This document shows, piece by piece, positions 36,552 through 46,817 of a stretch of 64,000 bases of DNA. Location: positions 4,401 to 68,400 of the forward strand of contig JACQDF010000049.1 of assembly GCA_016201205.1 (NCBI GenBank), read 5' to 3'. Position 1 is the first letter of the stretch; the number at the start of each line of letters is the position of its first letter. The notes beneath the pieces are model-generated. The model had not been told where the DNA came from, searched no databases, and worked only from the letters and a program-made list of their open reading frames with translations. The position numbers and the translations under genes were made by a program. This DNA comes from Acidobacteriota bacterium (GTDB lineage: Bacteria; Acidobacteriota; Terriglobia; Bryobacterales; Bryobacteraceae).

Positions 36552-37325
36552 ATGACCCGACGACGCTCCCTGCTCGCCGTGCCGGCCGCCGCCTCCATCC
36601 CCGCCGCCGGACGCTCCCCTGTCCTGTTCGAATTGCGCTATTTCCTCTTGCGCAACAGCCCCGACGCCCAACCGCAGCGCAGCGGCGATTTCCTCCGTGT
36701 ATCCTACCTGCCCGCCTTGTCCCGCGCCGGCGGCAAAGTCGAGGGCGTGTTCGGCAGCCTCATCGCGCCCGACGGCCCGTTCCTGCTCGTGCTCTCCAGC
36801 TTCCCCGGTCTGGCGGCGTGGGAAAGCGCTCTCGACAAGCTCGCCGCCGACAGGCAGTATCAAAAGGACCTCGAAACCCTCGATGCCAAGCCGGGTCTCA
36901 GCTACGTGCGCGTGGAAAACTCACTGCTGCGCGCCATTCCCACCATGCCGGAGGCCGAGCTTCCGCCAGTCGAATCCGGCAAGCCGCCGCGCATTTTCGA
37001 ATTACGCACCTACGAATCGAACAGCCCGCTCACTCTGCGCCGCAAGATTGCCATGTTCGAGCAGGGCGGCGAGCTGGCCGTCTTCCGCCGCGTGGGCCTG
37101 ACGCCGGTCTTTTTTGGCGAAACACTCGTTGGCCGGCGGATGCCGAATCTTACGTACATGCTGGCCTATGACAGCCTCGCGGCGCGGGAAAAAGCGTGGG
37201 CCGCCTTCGGCGCCGATCCGGAGTGGCAGAAGCTTCGCGCCCGGCCCGGCCTGAGCGACGCCGAAATCGTCTCCAATATCTCGAACACGCTGCTGCGGCC
37301 GCTGCCGTTCTCGCAGATTCGTTAG
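36552..37325 (+). CDS. NIPSNAP family protein (two NIPSNAP repeats, Tat-like N-terminus)
   Basis: An internal ATG at 36552 gives MTRRRSLLAVPAAAS..; VLFELRYFLL and IFELRTYESN repeats follow. The track ORF from 36093 overlaps the adaptor gene. Confidence 0.7.
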   Translation: MTRRRSLLAVPAAASIPAAGRSPVLFELRYFLLRNSPDAQPQRSGDFLRVSYLPALSRAGGKVEGVFGSLIAPDGPFLLVLSSFPGLAAWESALDKLAADRQYQKDLETLDAKPGLSYVRVENSLLRAIPTMPEAELPPVESGKPPRIFELRTYESNSPLTLRRKIAMFEQGGELAVFRRVGLTPVFFGETLVGRRMPNLTYMLAYDSLAAREKAWAAFGADPEWQKLRARPGLSDAEIVSNISNTLLRPLPFSQIR

Positions 37326-37873
37326 CGCCGGGTGCCTGCCTTCCACACCAACAGCGCAACCGCGAACAAGAGCCCTGAGACCGCCTTCCACTCCTGATTG
37401 CGCCGGTAGAGCGGCCAGCGAAACGGCCGGGCGGCGCCCGCCGGCTTCAGACGCGGCCAAAGCGAAGGCACCCGCCGCGCATATTCGCCGAACTCCGGGA
37501 ACAGCCTGCGCAGATGCTCCTCTTCGAGTTGAATCACCGGCAGGTAGACCAGCAGAATGGCGGCGGCGAAGACAGCCGCAAGGCCGGCGTGCCGTGAGGC
37601 AATCACCACACCGGCCGCCGCCAGCAGCGACCCCACGTACAGCGGATTGCGTACATAGCCGTACGGCCCCGATTGCGCCAGTTGCTCGTTCTTGGCCAGA
37701 TGCCCGGCCGCCCAAGCCCGGATCAGCATGCCCGCCAGACACACCGGCATGCCGATCCCGATCGAACGCCACGTCGGCTGCGACAGCCAGACGAATACGG
37801 CCAGCAGCACAAAACCGCCCGGCACGCGAAACCGCTGCACGAAATCGGCGTAAGGTTTGGGAAACGGCATCAC
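37322..37873 (-). CDS. Isoprenylcysteine carboxyl methyltransferase (ICMT/PEMT) family membrane methyltransferase
   Basis: 183 aa with multiple TM segments and the motif GPYGYVRNPLYVGSLL. Confidence 0.7.
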   Translation of the reverse strand: MMPFPKPYADFVQRFRVPGGFVLLAVFVWLSQPTWRSIGIGMPVCLAGMLIRAWAAGHLAKNEQLAQSGPYGYVRNPLYVGSLLAAAGVVIASRHAGLAAVFAAAILLVYLPVIQLEEEHLRRLFPEFGEYARRVPSLWPRLKPAGAARPFRWPLYRRNQEWKAVSGLLFAVALLVWKAGTRR

Positions 37874-38802
37874 AGCTCCAAACTCTCCAATACGGTCTCG
37901 GGTGTAATGGCCAGCATGCCGGGGTCCGGCGTCTTGCGCCGCCGGTAGCTGGTGATTGCGTTCTCGGATCGCAACACGCGCATGACGCCGCCATAGGGCC
38001 CGTTGCGCGCCGGATTCGTCGGTCCGAAGATCGCCACCCCCCGCTTTCCAAGCGCCGCCGCCAGATGCAGCGGCCCGCTATCGACGCCGACCACAGCCCG
38101 CGCTTGCCGGGTGGCGTGGATGAGACCTGGGATCGAGGAGACACGCGCCACAACATGCGACGCCCCGCGCAACACCGCTTCCGACGCCGGCGGGCCATCG
38201 AGCACCAGGCGCAGCCCGGTCTTCCGCTCGAGCAGTTCTCCGAGCCGCGCGTAGTTTTCGAGCGGCCACTCCTTGGCCGGCCATCCGGCAAACGGGCTCG
38301 CCAGCACGAAGCCGCCGGGAGGCAATTCGCCTTCCGGCTTTCCCGCCGGCAACGGGAATTCCTTCACCTGCGTGGTCGCGCCGCAGGCTGCCGCCAGCTC
38401 CAGGTGCCGGTCCACGATGTGGGCGGACTGCGCTTTCAGGTGGATCGAGTAGAACAGGGTGGCGGCGCGCTCGCGCAACTGGCTGGTATGATAGCCGGCC
38501 GTCTCCCGCGCCCACGACGCTCCCGCAACCAGCGCTGACTTCAGCAGACCTTGCAGATCGACCGCGAAGTCATAACGCTCCTCGCGCATCGTCCGCCACG
38601 CGGAGCCCAAGCCGGTCCAGCTCCTCGGGTTCAGCGCCAGCACGCAATCCACGTGCGGGTTGTTTTCCAAAAGCGACGCCCACCGCGGCTCGATCGCCCA
38701 CTCGATTCGCGCGTGCGGGAAACTTCGCCGCAGGCTGGCAACGGCCGGCAGCGCATGGATCACGTCCCCCATCGCGCCCAGCCGGACCACCAGAATGCGC
38801 AT
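37870..38802 (-). CDS. waaC: Glycosyltransferase family 9, LPS heptosyltransferase I-like
   Basis: MRILVVRLGAMGDVIHALPAVASLRRSFPHARIEWAIEPRW, with a C-terminal VGVDSGPLHLAAAL. Confidence 0.7.
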   Translation of the reverse strand: MRILVVRLGAMGDVIHALPAVASLRRSFPHARIEWAIEPRWASLLENNPHVDCVLALNPRSWTGLGSAWRTMREERYDFAVDLQGLLKSALVAGASWARETAGYHTSQLRERAATLFYSIHLKAQSAHIVDRHLELAAACGATTQVKEFPLPAGKPEGELPPGGFVLASPFAGWPAKEWPLENYARLGELLERKTGLRLVLDGPPASEAVLRGASHVVARVSSIPGLIHATRQARAVVGVDSGPLHLAAALGKRGVAIFGPTNPARNGPYGGVMRVLRSENAITSYRRRKTPDPGMLAITPETVLESLEL

Positions 38803-38803
38803 G

Positions 38804-39199
38804 TCAGCTCTGCCTGGCGCGTTCCCGCACCCGCCGCATCCACTCGGCGCGCTGTCCGGCTTCCCGCGTCAGCTCGTGAAGGATCTCGTCAGCCTGAAGC
38901 GCCGCTGCCGCCTGTTCCGGATCGCCGTCGCACACCAGGACCGCACGCACGAACGACATCGCCGCCGCCAGCTCCGCCCGCGCCCGTGCGTCGAGCAGCG
39001 CATCCTCCACCGGCGCCAGCACCACAAACAGGCTTTCCTCGCCGGCAAGATCCCGCAGCCGCTCGATCTGCGCGGGCAGCAGCGGATCGAAATAAGCGAT
39101 CACCGCGCGGACGCGCCGGCCCTCACCGCGCAGCACGGCCGCGAGCCGGCGGGCTTCAGCCATCGTCAGGATCTTGTTGCGGGAATCGAACAAGCGCAC
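38804..39199 (-). CDS. HldE/RfaE domain-II-like (cytidylyltransferase-fold) protein lacking the HxGH motif
   Basis: 131 aa. It is collinear with RfaE-II (KILT..EA..., G.FD.L, ..VD.V..), but the nucleotide-binding FD.lHaGH is replaced by YFDPLLPAQ. Confidence 0.45.
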   Translation of the reverse strand: MRLFDSRNKILTMAEARRLAAVLRGEGRRVRAVIAYFDPLLPAQIERLRDLAGEESLFVVLAPVEDALLDARARAELAAAMSFVRAVLVCDGDPEQAAAALQADEILHELTREAGQRAEWMRRVRERARQS

Positions 39200-39209
39200 T
39201 CCAAGATGT

Positions 39210-40274
39210 TTATTTCAACAGTTCGAGAGCGGTGTGCGCCACCCGCTCGGCCGGCACGCGGGTCATGCAGCGATGGTCGATCGGGCACTCGCGCAGCAGG
39301 CACGGGCTGCACTCGACCGGCTCGCGCACGATGCGCGCCAGCGGCCCCGCCGGCCCGGTCGCTTCGTGATCCGTGGCTCCGAACACGGCCACCGTGGGCA
39401 CTTCCAGCGCCGAGGCGATGTGCATCGCGCCCGAGTCATTCGTCACCATCACCGCGCAGGCCGCCGCCAGGTCGATAAATTCCTTAAGCGAGGTTTCACC
39501 AGCCAGGTTGCAGCAAGGCACGCCCAGTCGCTCGATCTGCCGGCCGACCGCTTCGCACAACTCGCGCTCGCCGGCGACGCCGAACAGCGCCACCGAGGCG
39601 CCCCGTGTGCTCGCAACCATCGCCGCCGCCTCCGCGAATCGCTCCGGCAGCCACCGCTTGGCGTTCCCGTAGGCGGCTCCGGGACTCACGCCGACCACGG
39701 CGCCTTCGAGCCCGCGCGCTCTCAGTGCTTCGACGCCCGCCCCCCGTGCAGCCGCGGCGCCTTCCAGCCGGATGAGCGCTTCCCGGGGCAGCTTTTCGAG
39801 CAAACCGGCGCGCCGCAGCAGCTCCAGATAATAGAAGCTCTCGTGCCTCGGGATCTCGTCCTTCCCGGGGACGTCGATCGCGTGCGTCAGCAGGAGCCTG
39901 CGCCCGTCGCGGTTATATCCGATGCGGACCGGAATCCGCGCCATCCACGCGATCAGCGCCGCCTCGAACGCATTCTGAAGCAGGATCGCGCCCTCGAACC
40001 GCCGCTCTCGCAGTTCCGCCGCCAGCTTCCGCTTGCCGCGCCAGCCCTGCCTTCCCCGCTCGGCCGTGTACGGGATGACTTCATCGGCAAAGGACTCGCG
40101 TCCATACAGATCGCCCACCCGGTCGAGCGCCAGCACCGAAATCCGCGCCTTCGGGAACCGCTCGCGGATCGCGCGCAACGCCGGCAGGCTCATCACCGCG
40201 TCGCCCACCCAGTTGGTGGCGCGCACCAGCAGCCGGTTCATGTCGGGGATTTGCGATGGCAACGTTACAATCAT
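39210..40274 (-). CDS. waaF: Glycosyltransferase family 9, LPS heptosyltransferase II-like
   Basis: LLVRATNWVGDAVMSLPALRAIRERFP..., and a C-terminal VTNDSGAMHIASAL. Confidence 0.75.
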   Translation of the reverse strand: MIVTLPSQIPDMNRLLVRATNWVGDAVMSLPALRAIRERFPKARISVLALDRVGDLYGRESFADEVIPYTAERGRQGWRGKRKLAAELRERRFEGAILLQNAFEAALIAWMARIPVRIGYNRDGRRLLLTHAIDVPGKDEIPRHESFYYLELLRRAGLLEKLPREALIRLEGAAAARGAGVEALRARGLEGAVVGVSPGAAYGNAKRWLPERFAEAAAMVASTRGASVALFGVAGERELCEAVGRQIERLGVPCCNLAGETSLKEFIDLAAACAVMVTNDSGAMHIASALEVPTVAVFGATDHEATGPAGPLARIVREPVECSPCLLRECPIDHRCMTRVPAERVAHTALELLK

Positions 40275-40316
40275 TTCACGACGCGGCTATGCTCCGAGGA
40301 TTTAGAATAACCGGTA

Positions 40317-41471
40317 GTGGGACGCTACTTTCCGCTTGTCTGGAAAAACGCTTCCAGAAACCGCCGCAGGAGTCTGCTCACCATCTCGAGCCTGGCGCTT
40401 TCCTTGTGCCTGCTGGGCCTGATGATGGCGATCTACCATGCTTTGTACCTGAGCGAAACTGATCCCGCACAGGCCCTGCGTCTGTTCACCCGCAACCGCG
40501 TCTCGATCACCTTGCCGATGCCCGCCTTCTACCTTCAGCGCATCCTCGCCGTGGGCGGCGTCAAGCAGGCCATGGAGTTTCAGTGGTTCGGCGGCGCGTA
40601 CAAGGATGCCCGCGACCCGAAGAACTTCTTTGCACGCTTCGGCATCGACCCGAACAAGATTTTCACCCTCTACGCCGAGATGCGGATGCCGGAGGACCAG
40701 AAAAAGGCCTTCCAAAGCGAGCGCACGGCCTGCATAGTCGGCAGACGGCTGGCCGAGAAACATAACTTCCGCCTCGGGGACCGCATTACCCTTCAAGGCA
40801 ATATCTACCCCATGGCGCTCGAGCTGGTGGTGCGCGGAATCTACGACAACGAGCTGGACCCGGAATCGCTCTATTTCCACTGGGAGTATGTGCGTCAGGC
40901 GATGCCAGGGCGCGACCAGTTGAGCGCGATCAGCATCCTTGCTGATTCGCCGGATTCCGTCCCGCGCATCATCCACGCCGTCGACGAGCAGTTCCGCAAT
41001 GCAACCGTGCAGACGCGCACGGAAACCGAGCGCGCTTTCGGCCTCAGTTTCCTCCACATGATGGGCAACGTGAAGCTCATTCTCTTCAGCATTTGCGCCG
41101 CCGTCACCTTCACCATCATGCTGGTCTCGGCGAACACCATGGCCATGAGCGTCCGCGAGCGCGTCCGCGAAATCGGCATCCTCAAAACGCTCGGATTCCG
41201 CCCCTCCGCCATCCTCGGCATCATCTTGAGCGAAGCGATGCTCATCGCACTGATGGGCGGCATTGCGTCCTACTTCCTGGCCCGGGCCCTGTGCGGCGTG
41301 ATCCGCAGCGGGCCGGCCTTCAGCAGCGAGCTGATGACGCTCACCATCCGGCCGCAGGTGGCCCTGGTGATGCAGCTCGCCGCTGTCATGATCGCCTTCG
41401 TCAGCTCTTTCGTGCCCGCCTGGTCCGCGGCGCGCATCAACATCCTGGAAGCCCTGCGGCGCACGGACTGA
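40317..41471 (+). CDS. ABC transporter permease (FtsX/MacB-type)
   Basis: 384 aa: an N-terminal TM segment, a large periplasmic domain and a C-terminal FtsX 3-TM bundle ([11 protein letters not shown]). Confidence 0.85.
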   Translation: MGRYFPLVWKNASRNRRRSLLTISSLALSLCLLGLMMAIYHALYLSETDPAQALRLFTRNRVSITLPMPAFYLQRILAVGGVKQAMEFQWFGGAYKDARDPKNFFARFGIDPNKIFTLYAEMRMPEDQKKAFQSERTACIVGRRLAEKHNFRLGDRITLQGNIYPMALELVVRGIYDNELDPESLYFHWEYVRQAMPGRDQLSAISILADSPDSVPRIIHAVDEQFRNATVQTRTETERAFGLSFLHMMGNVKLILFSICAAVTFTIMLVSANTMAMSVRERVREIGILKTLGFRPSAILGIILSEAMLIALMGGIASYFLARALCGVIRSGPAFSSELMTLTIRPQVALVMQLAAVMIAFVSSFVPAWSAARINILEALRRTD

Positions 41472-41475
41472 GCCT

Positions 41476-42639
41476 ATGAAGATCCCCTTGGCCTACAACC
41501 TGCGGAATCTCGCCGTGCGCAAGGCGACCACGCTGATGACCGCTCTCGGCATCGCTCTTACGGTGGCCGTGCTGCTCACCACGATGGCGATGGTGGAAGG
41601 TCTGAACTCGCTGTTGCGATCGAGCGGCAATCCTTTGCACGTGCTGGTGATGCGTAAGGGCTCCTCGGACGAGCTCAGCAGCAACCTGAACCGCCAGGTG
41701 TTCCAGGATCTCAAGTTCAAATCCGGCATCGCCCGGGGGAAAGGCGGCGATCCGCTGGCTTCGCTGGAAATGGTCATCGTCGTCAACCTGCCGAGTGTAG
41801 ACAATCCCGACGGTTCCAACGTCACCTTCCGCGGCGTCTCGCCAGCCGGACTGGAAATGCGCGATCACATCCGGCTGGCGAGCGGGCGCTGGTTCCAGCC
41901 TGGGCGCGCCGAGCTGGTAGTTGGCAAGTACATCGCCAGCCGTTTCCCCGACGCCCGCCTCGGCAAGAAGATCCGCCTTGCCCGCGCCGACTGGGAAGTG
42001 GTCGGAGTGATGGACGCCGCAAACTCCGCTGCCAATAGCGAGGTCTTTGCCGACGTGAACCAGTTGAGCGCCGACAACAACCGCACCGAAGTGCTCAGCT
42101 CCGCGCTCATCCGCGCCGCCGATGAAGCGGCCGCCCCGGCGCTGATCCGGGATCTGGAAGCCGACCGGCGCCTCAATGTCACTGCTCTGACCGAGAAGGA
42201 GTACTACGAGTTGCAGATGCGGTCGGGCGATCTGTTCCGCTATCTGGGCCTCTTCGTCTCCCTCATCATGGCCGTCGGAAGCGCGTTCGCTGCCATGAAC
42301 ACGATGTATGCGGCGGTGGCGCGGCGCACCCGTGAGATCGGCGCCCTGCGCGTGCTCGGCTTCTCCCGCGCCAGCATCCTGACGAGCTTTCTGATCGAAT
42401 CCCTGCTGCTGGCGTCTTTGGGCGGGTTGCTGGGAGTCCTGCTTGTTTTGCCGCTGAACGGCTTCTCCACCGGAATCAGCACGATCACTTTCAGCGAGGT
42501 GGCGTTTCACTTCCGCGTGACCCCGCCGGTGATGGCGGCGGGGATTCTCTTTGCCCTCGTGATGGGCACGATGGGGGGCCTGCTTCCGGCGGGAAATGCC
42601 GCGCGGAAACAAATCCTGACGGCTCTCCGCGACATCTGA
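41476..42639 (+). CDS. ABC transporter permease (FtsX/MacB-type), second copy
   Basis: 387 aa with the same architecture ([11 protein letters not shown]). Confidence 0.85.
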   Translation: MKIPLAYNLRNLAVRKATTLMTALGIALTVAVLLTTMAMVEGLNSLLRSSGNPLHVLVMRKGSSDELSSNLNRQVFQDLKFKSGIARGKGGDPLASLEMVIVVNLPSVDNPDGSNVTFRGVSPAGLEMRDHIRLASGRWFQPGRAELVVGKYIASRFPDARLGKKIRLARADWEVVGVMDAANSAANSEVFADVNQLSADNNRTEVLSSALIRAADEAAAPALIRDLEADRRLNVTALTEKEYYELQMRSGDLFRYLGLFVSLIMAVGSAFAAMNTMYAAVARRTREIGALRVLGFSRASILTSFLIESLLLASLGGLLGVLLVLPLNGFSTGISTITFSEVAFHFRVTPPVMAAGILFALVMGTMGGLLPAGNAARKQILTALRDI

Positions 42640-42647
42640 GCCGCTCA

Positions 42648-43991
42648 ATGCCGGAAGACCTTCAAAAGCTGCGAATCGCCCGCCCTGAAGAGCGGCGGAG
42701 CTCCGGCTGGGCCGCCAAATGGATCATCGGCGGCGTTCTGCTGTTCCTGCTGTTCGGCGCGGCGCGGTTCGTCTATAGCCGTGTCAGCGCGGCGATCGAG
42801 GTGGACATCGTCCGCGTCACCGCAACCACGCCGGCCGCGGGCGGCTCGTTCGCTCAAGGCGATGTGATCCTGAACGCCACCGGCTACATCATCGCCCACC
42901 ACAAGATCCAGGTCGCCTCGAAAGTGGTCGGGCGGGTCGCCTGGATCGGCGTCGAGAAAGGCGACCGCGTGAAGGAAGGCCAGGTGATCGTCCGCCTCGA
43001 AGACGATGAATACCGCGCGCAATCGCAGCAGGCCAACGGCCAGGTGCAGGCGCTCGAGGCCAGGCTTCAGGAATTGCTGGCCGGATCACGCCCGGAGGAG
43101 ATTGCAGTGGCCAAGGCAAATCTCGAAGTCGCCCATGCCGATCTCGCCAACGCAAAGATCAATCTCGATCGCGTCAGGAAGCTGGCTTCCGAAGGTGTGC
43201 TCTCGAGGCAGATGCTGGATGACGCCGGGGCGCGCTATGACAGCCAGGCGGCCCGCGTAGCCTCGCTCGAGAAGACCTACGAGCTGGTGCGCATCGGTCC
43301 GCGCCAGGAGCAGATCGACGCCGTCCGCGGCCAGATCGAAGAGGGCAAAGGCCGGGTCGCCTTCTTCGAGACGGCGCTGTCCAACACCGTGATCCGCGCC
43401 CCGGTGACCGGCACCATCCTCGAGCGTGCCGTCGAGAAAGGCGAATTCGTGACCACAAGCTTCGTCGGCGAACGAGGCGCCAAAGGCTATGTCGTCTCGC
43501 TGGCCGATTTGAACGACCTGCAAGTCGAGCTGGACATCAACCAGAACGATTTCGCCCGGCTGGGTCCGAAACAGAAGGGCATCATCACGACAGACGCATA
43601 TCCGGACCGCAAATACGAGGGCTTCATTTATGAGGTTTCGCCGGAAGCCAATCGCCAGAAAGCGACCGTGCAGGTCAAAGTGAAGGTGGTTACGCCGGAC
43701 GACTATCTGCGGCCGGAGATGAATGCCAGCGTCGCATTCTTCGCCGAGAGTAAGCCCTTGGCCGGCGCGACGCCGCCCAGGCCCGCCATCATCGTGCCGC
43801 CCTCGGCAATCAGGAATGGATCGGTGTTTGTGATGCTGGGCGGCAAGGCGGTCCGGCGTCCGGTGAAGACGGGCGCTTCGCTTCCGCAAGGGGTGAAGAT
43901 CGAAGAGGGGCTGTCGGGAGGCGAGGATCTGCTTGTCCGGCCGCCGGCGGAGCTGAAAGAAGGAGACCGCGTCAAGCGCAAAGAAGGATGA
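42648..43991 (+). CDS. Efflux transporter periplasmic adaptor subunit (HlyD/MacA family)
   Basis: 447 aa: TM anchor, coiled-coil hairpin ([25 protein letters not shown]) and barrel domains. Confidence 0.85.
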   Translation: MPEDLQKLRIARPEERRSSGWAAKWIIGGVLLFLLFGAARFVYSRVSAAIEVDIVRVTATTPAAGGSFAQGDVILNATGYIIAHHKIQVASKVVGRVAWIGVEKGDRVKEGQVIVRLEDDEYRAQSQQANGQVQALEARLQELLAGSRPEEIAVAKANLEVAHADLANAKINLDRVRKLASEGVLSRQMLDDAGARYDSQAARVASLEKTYELVRIGPRQEQIDAVRGQIEEGKGRVAFFETALSNTVIRAPVTGTILERAVEKGEFVTTSFVGERGAKGYVVSLADLNDLQVELDINQNDFARLGPKQKGIITTDAYPDRKYEGFIYEVSPEANRQKATVQVKVKVVTPDDYLRPEMNASVAFFAESKPLAGATPPRPAIIVPPSAIRNGSVFVMLGGKAVRRPVKTGASLPQGVKIEEGLSGGEDLLVRPPAELKEGDRVKRKEG

Positions 43992-44052
43992 AGCGATGAG
44001 CGAAACTGTCGAAGCGATGAGCGAAACTGTCGAAGCGATGAGCGAAACTGTC
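43990..44052 (+). repeat. Three perfect tandem copies of a 21-bp unit (GAAGCGATGAGCGAAACTGTC) spanning the ABC ATPase start codon
   Basis: Read directly: 43990-44010, 44011-44031 and 44032-44052 are identical. They encode [19 protein letters not shown]. Confidence 0.9.
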
Positions 44053-44736
44053 ATTGATACGCGCCATCTGACCCGCGAGTACTCGCGCGATGAATACAAG
44101 GTGGTGGCGCTGAAGGATGCCTGCCTCGAAGTGCAAAAAGGCGAATTCCTGGCGCTGATGGGGCCGTCGGGATCCGGCAAATCGACGCTGCTCTACCTGA
44201 TCGCAGCCATGGAACGGCCGACGGCCGGCGAGCTGCGCGTGCTCGGGCAGGATCTGAACAGGCTTTCCGACGGCGAGATCGCCCATTGGCGCAACGCGCA
44301 CATCGGCTTCGTCTTTCAATCGTTCAACTTGATTCCGGTGCTGACGGCGCTCGAAAACGTCGAGCTGCCCTTGAAACTGACGCACCTCAAGAAGAGGGAG
44401 AGGCATGAGCACGCCGAGACAGCCTTGAAGCTGGTGGGACTCAGCGATCGTTTGAAGCATTTCCCGAGGCAGCTTTCCGGCGGCCAGGAACAGCGAGTCG
44501 CCATCGCCCGTGCCCTGGTGACCGACCCCGACCTGATCCTCGTCGATGAGCCTACCGGCAACCTCGACGCGAAATCGGCCAACGAAGTGCTCGAGATTCT
44601 GGCGAAGCTGAACAAGGATTACAGCAAGACCATCCTGCTGGTGACGCACGATCCGCACGCCGCGCGTTTCGCCACCAAGGTGCGGTACCTGGACAAAGGC
44701 GAGCTGTTGCCCGAGGGGCAGAAGCCGGCCGACTGA
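43996..44736 (+). CDS. ABC transporter ATP-binding protein (MacB/LolD-type)
   Basis: Walker A is GPSGSGKST, the signature is [15 protein letters not shown] and Walker B is [12 protein letters not shown]. Three in-frame ATGs lie at 43996, 44017 and 44038. Confidence 0.9.
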   Translation: MSETVEAMSETVEAMSETVIDTRHLTREYSRDEYKVVALKDACLEVQKGEFLALMGPSGSGKSTLLYLIAAMERPTAGELRVLGQDLNRLSDGEIAHWRNAHIGFVFQSFNLIPVLTALENVELPLKLTHLKKRERHEHAETALKLVGLSDRLKHFPRQLSGGQEQRVAIARALVTDPDLILVDEPTGNLDAKSANEVLEILAKLNKDYSKTILLVTHDPHAARFATKVRYLDKGELLPEGQKPAD

Positions 44737-44791
44737 CTGGCGGCCTTGTAGCTCTCCATCGGGGAACGCCGCCCCGGCTACACTGAAAGCG

Positions 44792-46009
44792 ATGCGCGCG
44801 CTGGCGGCGGAGATCGTCTTCATCTTTTCCCTCCAGGGAGCCACCTTCCATGAAGACGTGCTCCCGATCCTCGAAAAGCGCTGCCAGCGCTGCCATCGGC
44901 CCGGGGAAGCCGCACGCCCGTTCCTCACCTACCGCGACGTCCGGCCATGGGCGAAAGCGATTCGCGAAGCGGTGCTGAGCAGGAAGATGCCGCCCTGGTT
45001 CGCCGAATCCGGCTCCGTGCGTTTTGCCAACGACCCGCGGCCGAGCGACGCGGAAATCGCCGCCATCGATGCGTGGGTGCGGGCAGGCGCGCCCGAAGGC
45101 AAGCCGTCTCCGTCTCCCCCAGTGCACTGGACGGCGGCATGGAATATTCCCCCTCCTGATCTGCGTTTGGCGATGCCGGAGCCTGTGCGAGTGCCTGCCC
45201 GAGGCGAGCTGAAGTACCAGTTCATCATTCTGCCGCTGAATCTGACGGAGGACCGCTGGGTGCGGGCCGCCGAAATCCGTCCCGGCGCCCGCGAAGCGGT
45301 GCATCACGTCGTGGCTTACATCCGCGAGCCCGCCCATGACTGGCTCCGCGACGCGCCGGCAGGCAAGCCGTTCTCCCATGCGGGCACAACCACCAGCGAC
45401 ATTCTCGCTCTCTACGCTCCTGGCCAGCAGCCGATGACGTGCCTTCCGGGCATGGCGAAGAAGATTCCCGCCGGCTCGGATCTCGTCTTGCAGATCCACT
45501 ACACGCCGGCCGGCCGTGTTCTGGAAGACCGCACCTCGATCGGCCTGGTCTGGGCAAGACACGCTCCCGACAAGCGCGTGCTCACCTTGCAGATCGCCGC
45601 CACCGAACTCCGGATTCCTCCGGGAGAGCGGGACCACCGCGTCAGCGCGTCGGGCACTCTTCCCAATGATTGCCTTCTGCTCGGCCTGTTCCCTCATATG
45701 CACTTGCGCGGCAAGGCCTTCGAATACGCCGTCATCGAGCCCGGCGGCCGCGTGGAAACACTGCTCCGAGTGGCGCCCTATGATTTCTATTGGCAGCTCT
45801 GCTACCAGCTCGCGACGCCGCTCCTGCTCAGCAAGGGCACACGCCTGCGCGTGACCGCATGGTACGACAATTCCCCGAACAACCCCCGCAATCCCGATCC
45901 CACTGCCGAGGTCGCCTACGGCGAGCAAAGCACGGAAGAGATGATGGTGGGTTTCTTCGACGTGGCCGTGCCGGCGGGAATGGATAAGGCGGCGTTTTTT
46001 GTGAGGTAA
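44792..46009 (+). CDS. Mono-heme cytochrome c motif protein with a PHM/DBH-like (copper monooxygenase-like) C-terminal domain
   Basis: FHEDVLPILEKRCQRCH (CxxCH)...HHVVAY...FPHMHLRGKAF...YDFYWQ...WYDNSPNNPRNPDP...EEM. The family assignment is from memory of similar Planctomycete/Acidobacteria proteins. Confidence 0.55.
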   Translation: MRALAAEIVFIFSLQGATFHEDVLPILEKRCQRCHRPGEAARPFLTYRDVRPWAKAIREAVLSRKMPPWFAESGSVRFANDPRPSDAEIAAIDAWVRAGAPEGKPSPSPPVHWTAAWNIPPPDLRLAMPEPVRVPARGELKYQFIILPLNLTEDRWVRAAEIRPGAREAVHHVVAYIREPAHDWLRDAPAGKPFSHAGTTTSDILALYAPGQQPMTCLPGMAKKIPAGSDLVLQIHYTPAGRVLEDRTSIGLVWARHAPDKRVLTLQIAATELRIPPGERDHRVSASGTLPNDCLLLGLFPHMHLRGKAFEYAVIEPGGRVETLLRVAPYDFYWQLCYQLATPLLLSKGTRLRVTAWYDNSPNNPRNPDPTAEVAYGEQSTEEMMVGFFDVAVPAGMDKAAFFVR

Positions 46010-46012
46010 GCG

Positions 46013-46726
46013 TCAGCGGGCGAGTGGCCGGCGCCGCCACCACCCAACACCCGCCAGAATGCCGGCTCCCAGCAGCAGGAACGTGGACGGCTCAGGCAAG
46101 GTGTGTGCGTCGCCCTGGGCGAAGCCGTCTACGTAAAATTGAACCGTTTGTCCAGGCGGAATCGAGATGAAGAAGACGACGGGCGGCGGGGCCACCAGGC
46201 TCGAATTGGTTCCGCACTCCACGCAGTTGATCGTGAGCGAGCTGCCGAAAAAGGGGGCAAACGAGCCTCCCCCGCCTCGGAAGACCAGGAAGTCGTATCC
46301 CGCCGACGCACTTTCCAAAGGTCCCGCGGTGGCCGTCAGACTCCACGTCCAGGCGACAGAGAAAAAGAAGTCAGCCGGATCGACTCCAATGTTGGTGAGC
46401 GAAAGCATGTCGCTCGGCCCGAAGGAATTCGCAAAAGCGGACCCGATTCCCGGGCCGCTCGAGCCGATAACCGCTCCCGCTGTGTAGGTCAAAGTATTTG
46501 GCGCAAAAAGGGAGGTGGGTGGCGGACAACTCGTAACACTCGCGAAGCCGGAGGTCGTGGAAAAGCAGCCTGCGCCAATTCCCGGCGCCAGCGCCGGAAT
46601 GATCGTCGGCGGAAACGGCACGGGGAAGATCAAATCGACAATCACCGCTGCATCGAACGACGCCGCCGATGACAAACCGCACCCGAGGGCCAGCAGGATC
46701 AGCACTCGCCCTGTCCTCATCAGCAC
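46013..46726 (-). CDS. PEP-CTERM sorting-domain protein
   Basis: Signal peptide and a C-terminal LPEPSTFLLLGAGILAGVGWWRRR. Confidence 0.8.
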   Translation of the reverse strand: MLMRTGRVLILLALGCGLSSAASFDAAVIVDLIFPVPFPPTIIPALAPGIGAGCFSTTSGFASVTSCPPPTSLFAPNTLTYTAGAVIGSSGPGIGSAFANSFGPSDMLSLTNIGVDPADFFFSVAWTWSLTATAGPLESASAGYDFLVFRGGGGSFAPFFGSSLTINCVECGTNSSLVAPPPVVFFISIPPGQTVQFYVDGFAQGDAHTLPEPSTFLLLGAGILAGVGWWRRRPLAR

Positions 46727-46817
46727 ACCTCCGCGCTCTCTCTCCGGCCAAAACAGCTACTCGATACGCTAATCGGAGGCGCGGCCGGTGTCAAGGGGTG
46801 GTACACCCAGTACACGG

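Noticed and set aside
36093-37325. A 410-aa ORF as annotated in the track. The 35206 start for the adaptor and the 56518 start for the second gene of the second KGGVGR locus (called at 56620-57276) fall in the same category.
   Set aside because: The N-terminal extensions overlap the preceding genes in another frame. Internal ATGs (36552, 35254, 56620) give sensible signal/TM or N-termini and tight operon spacing.
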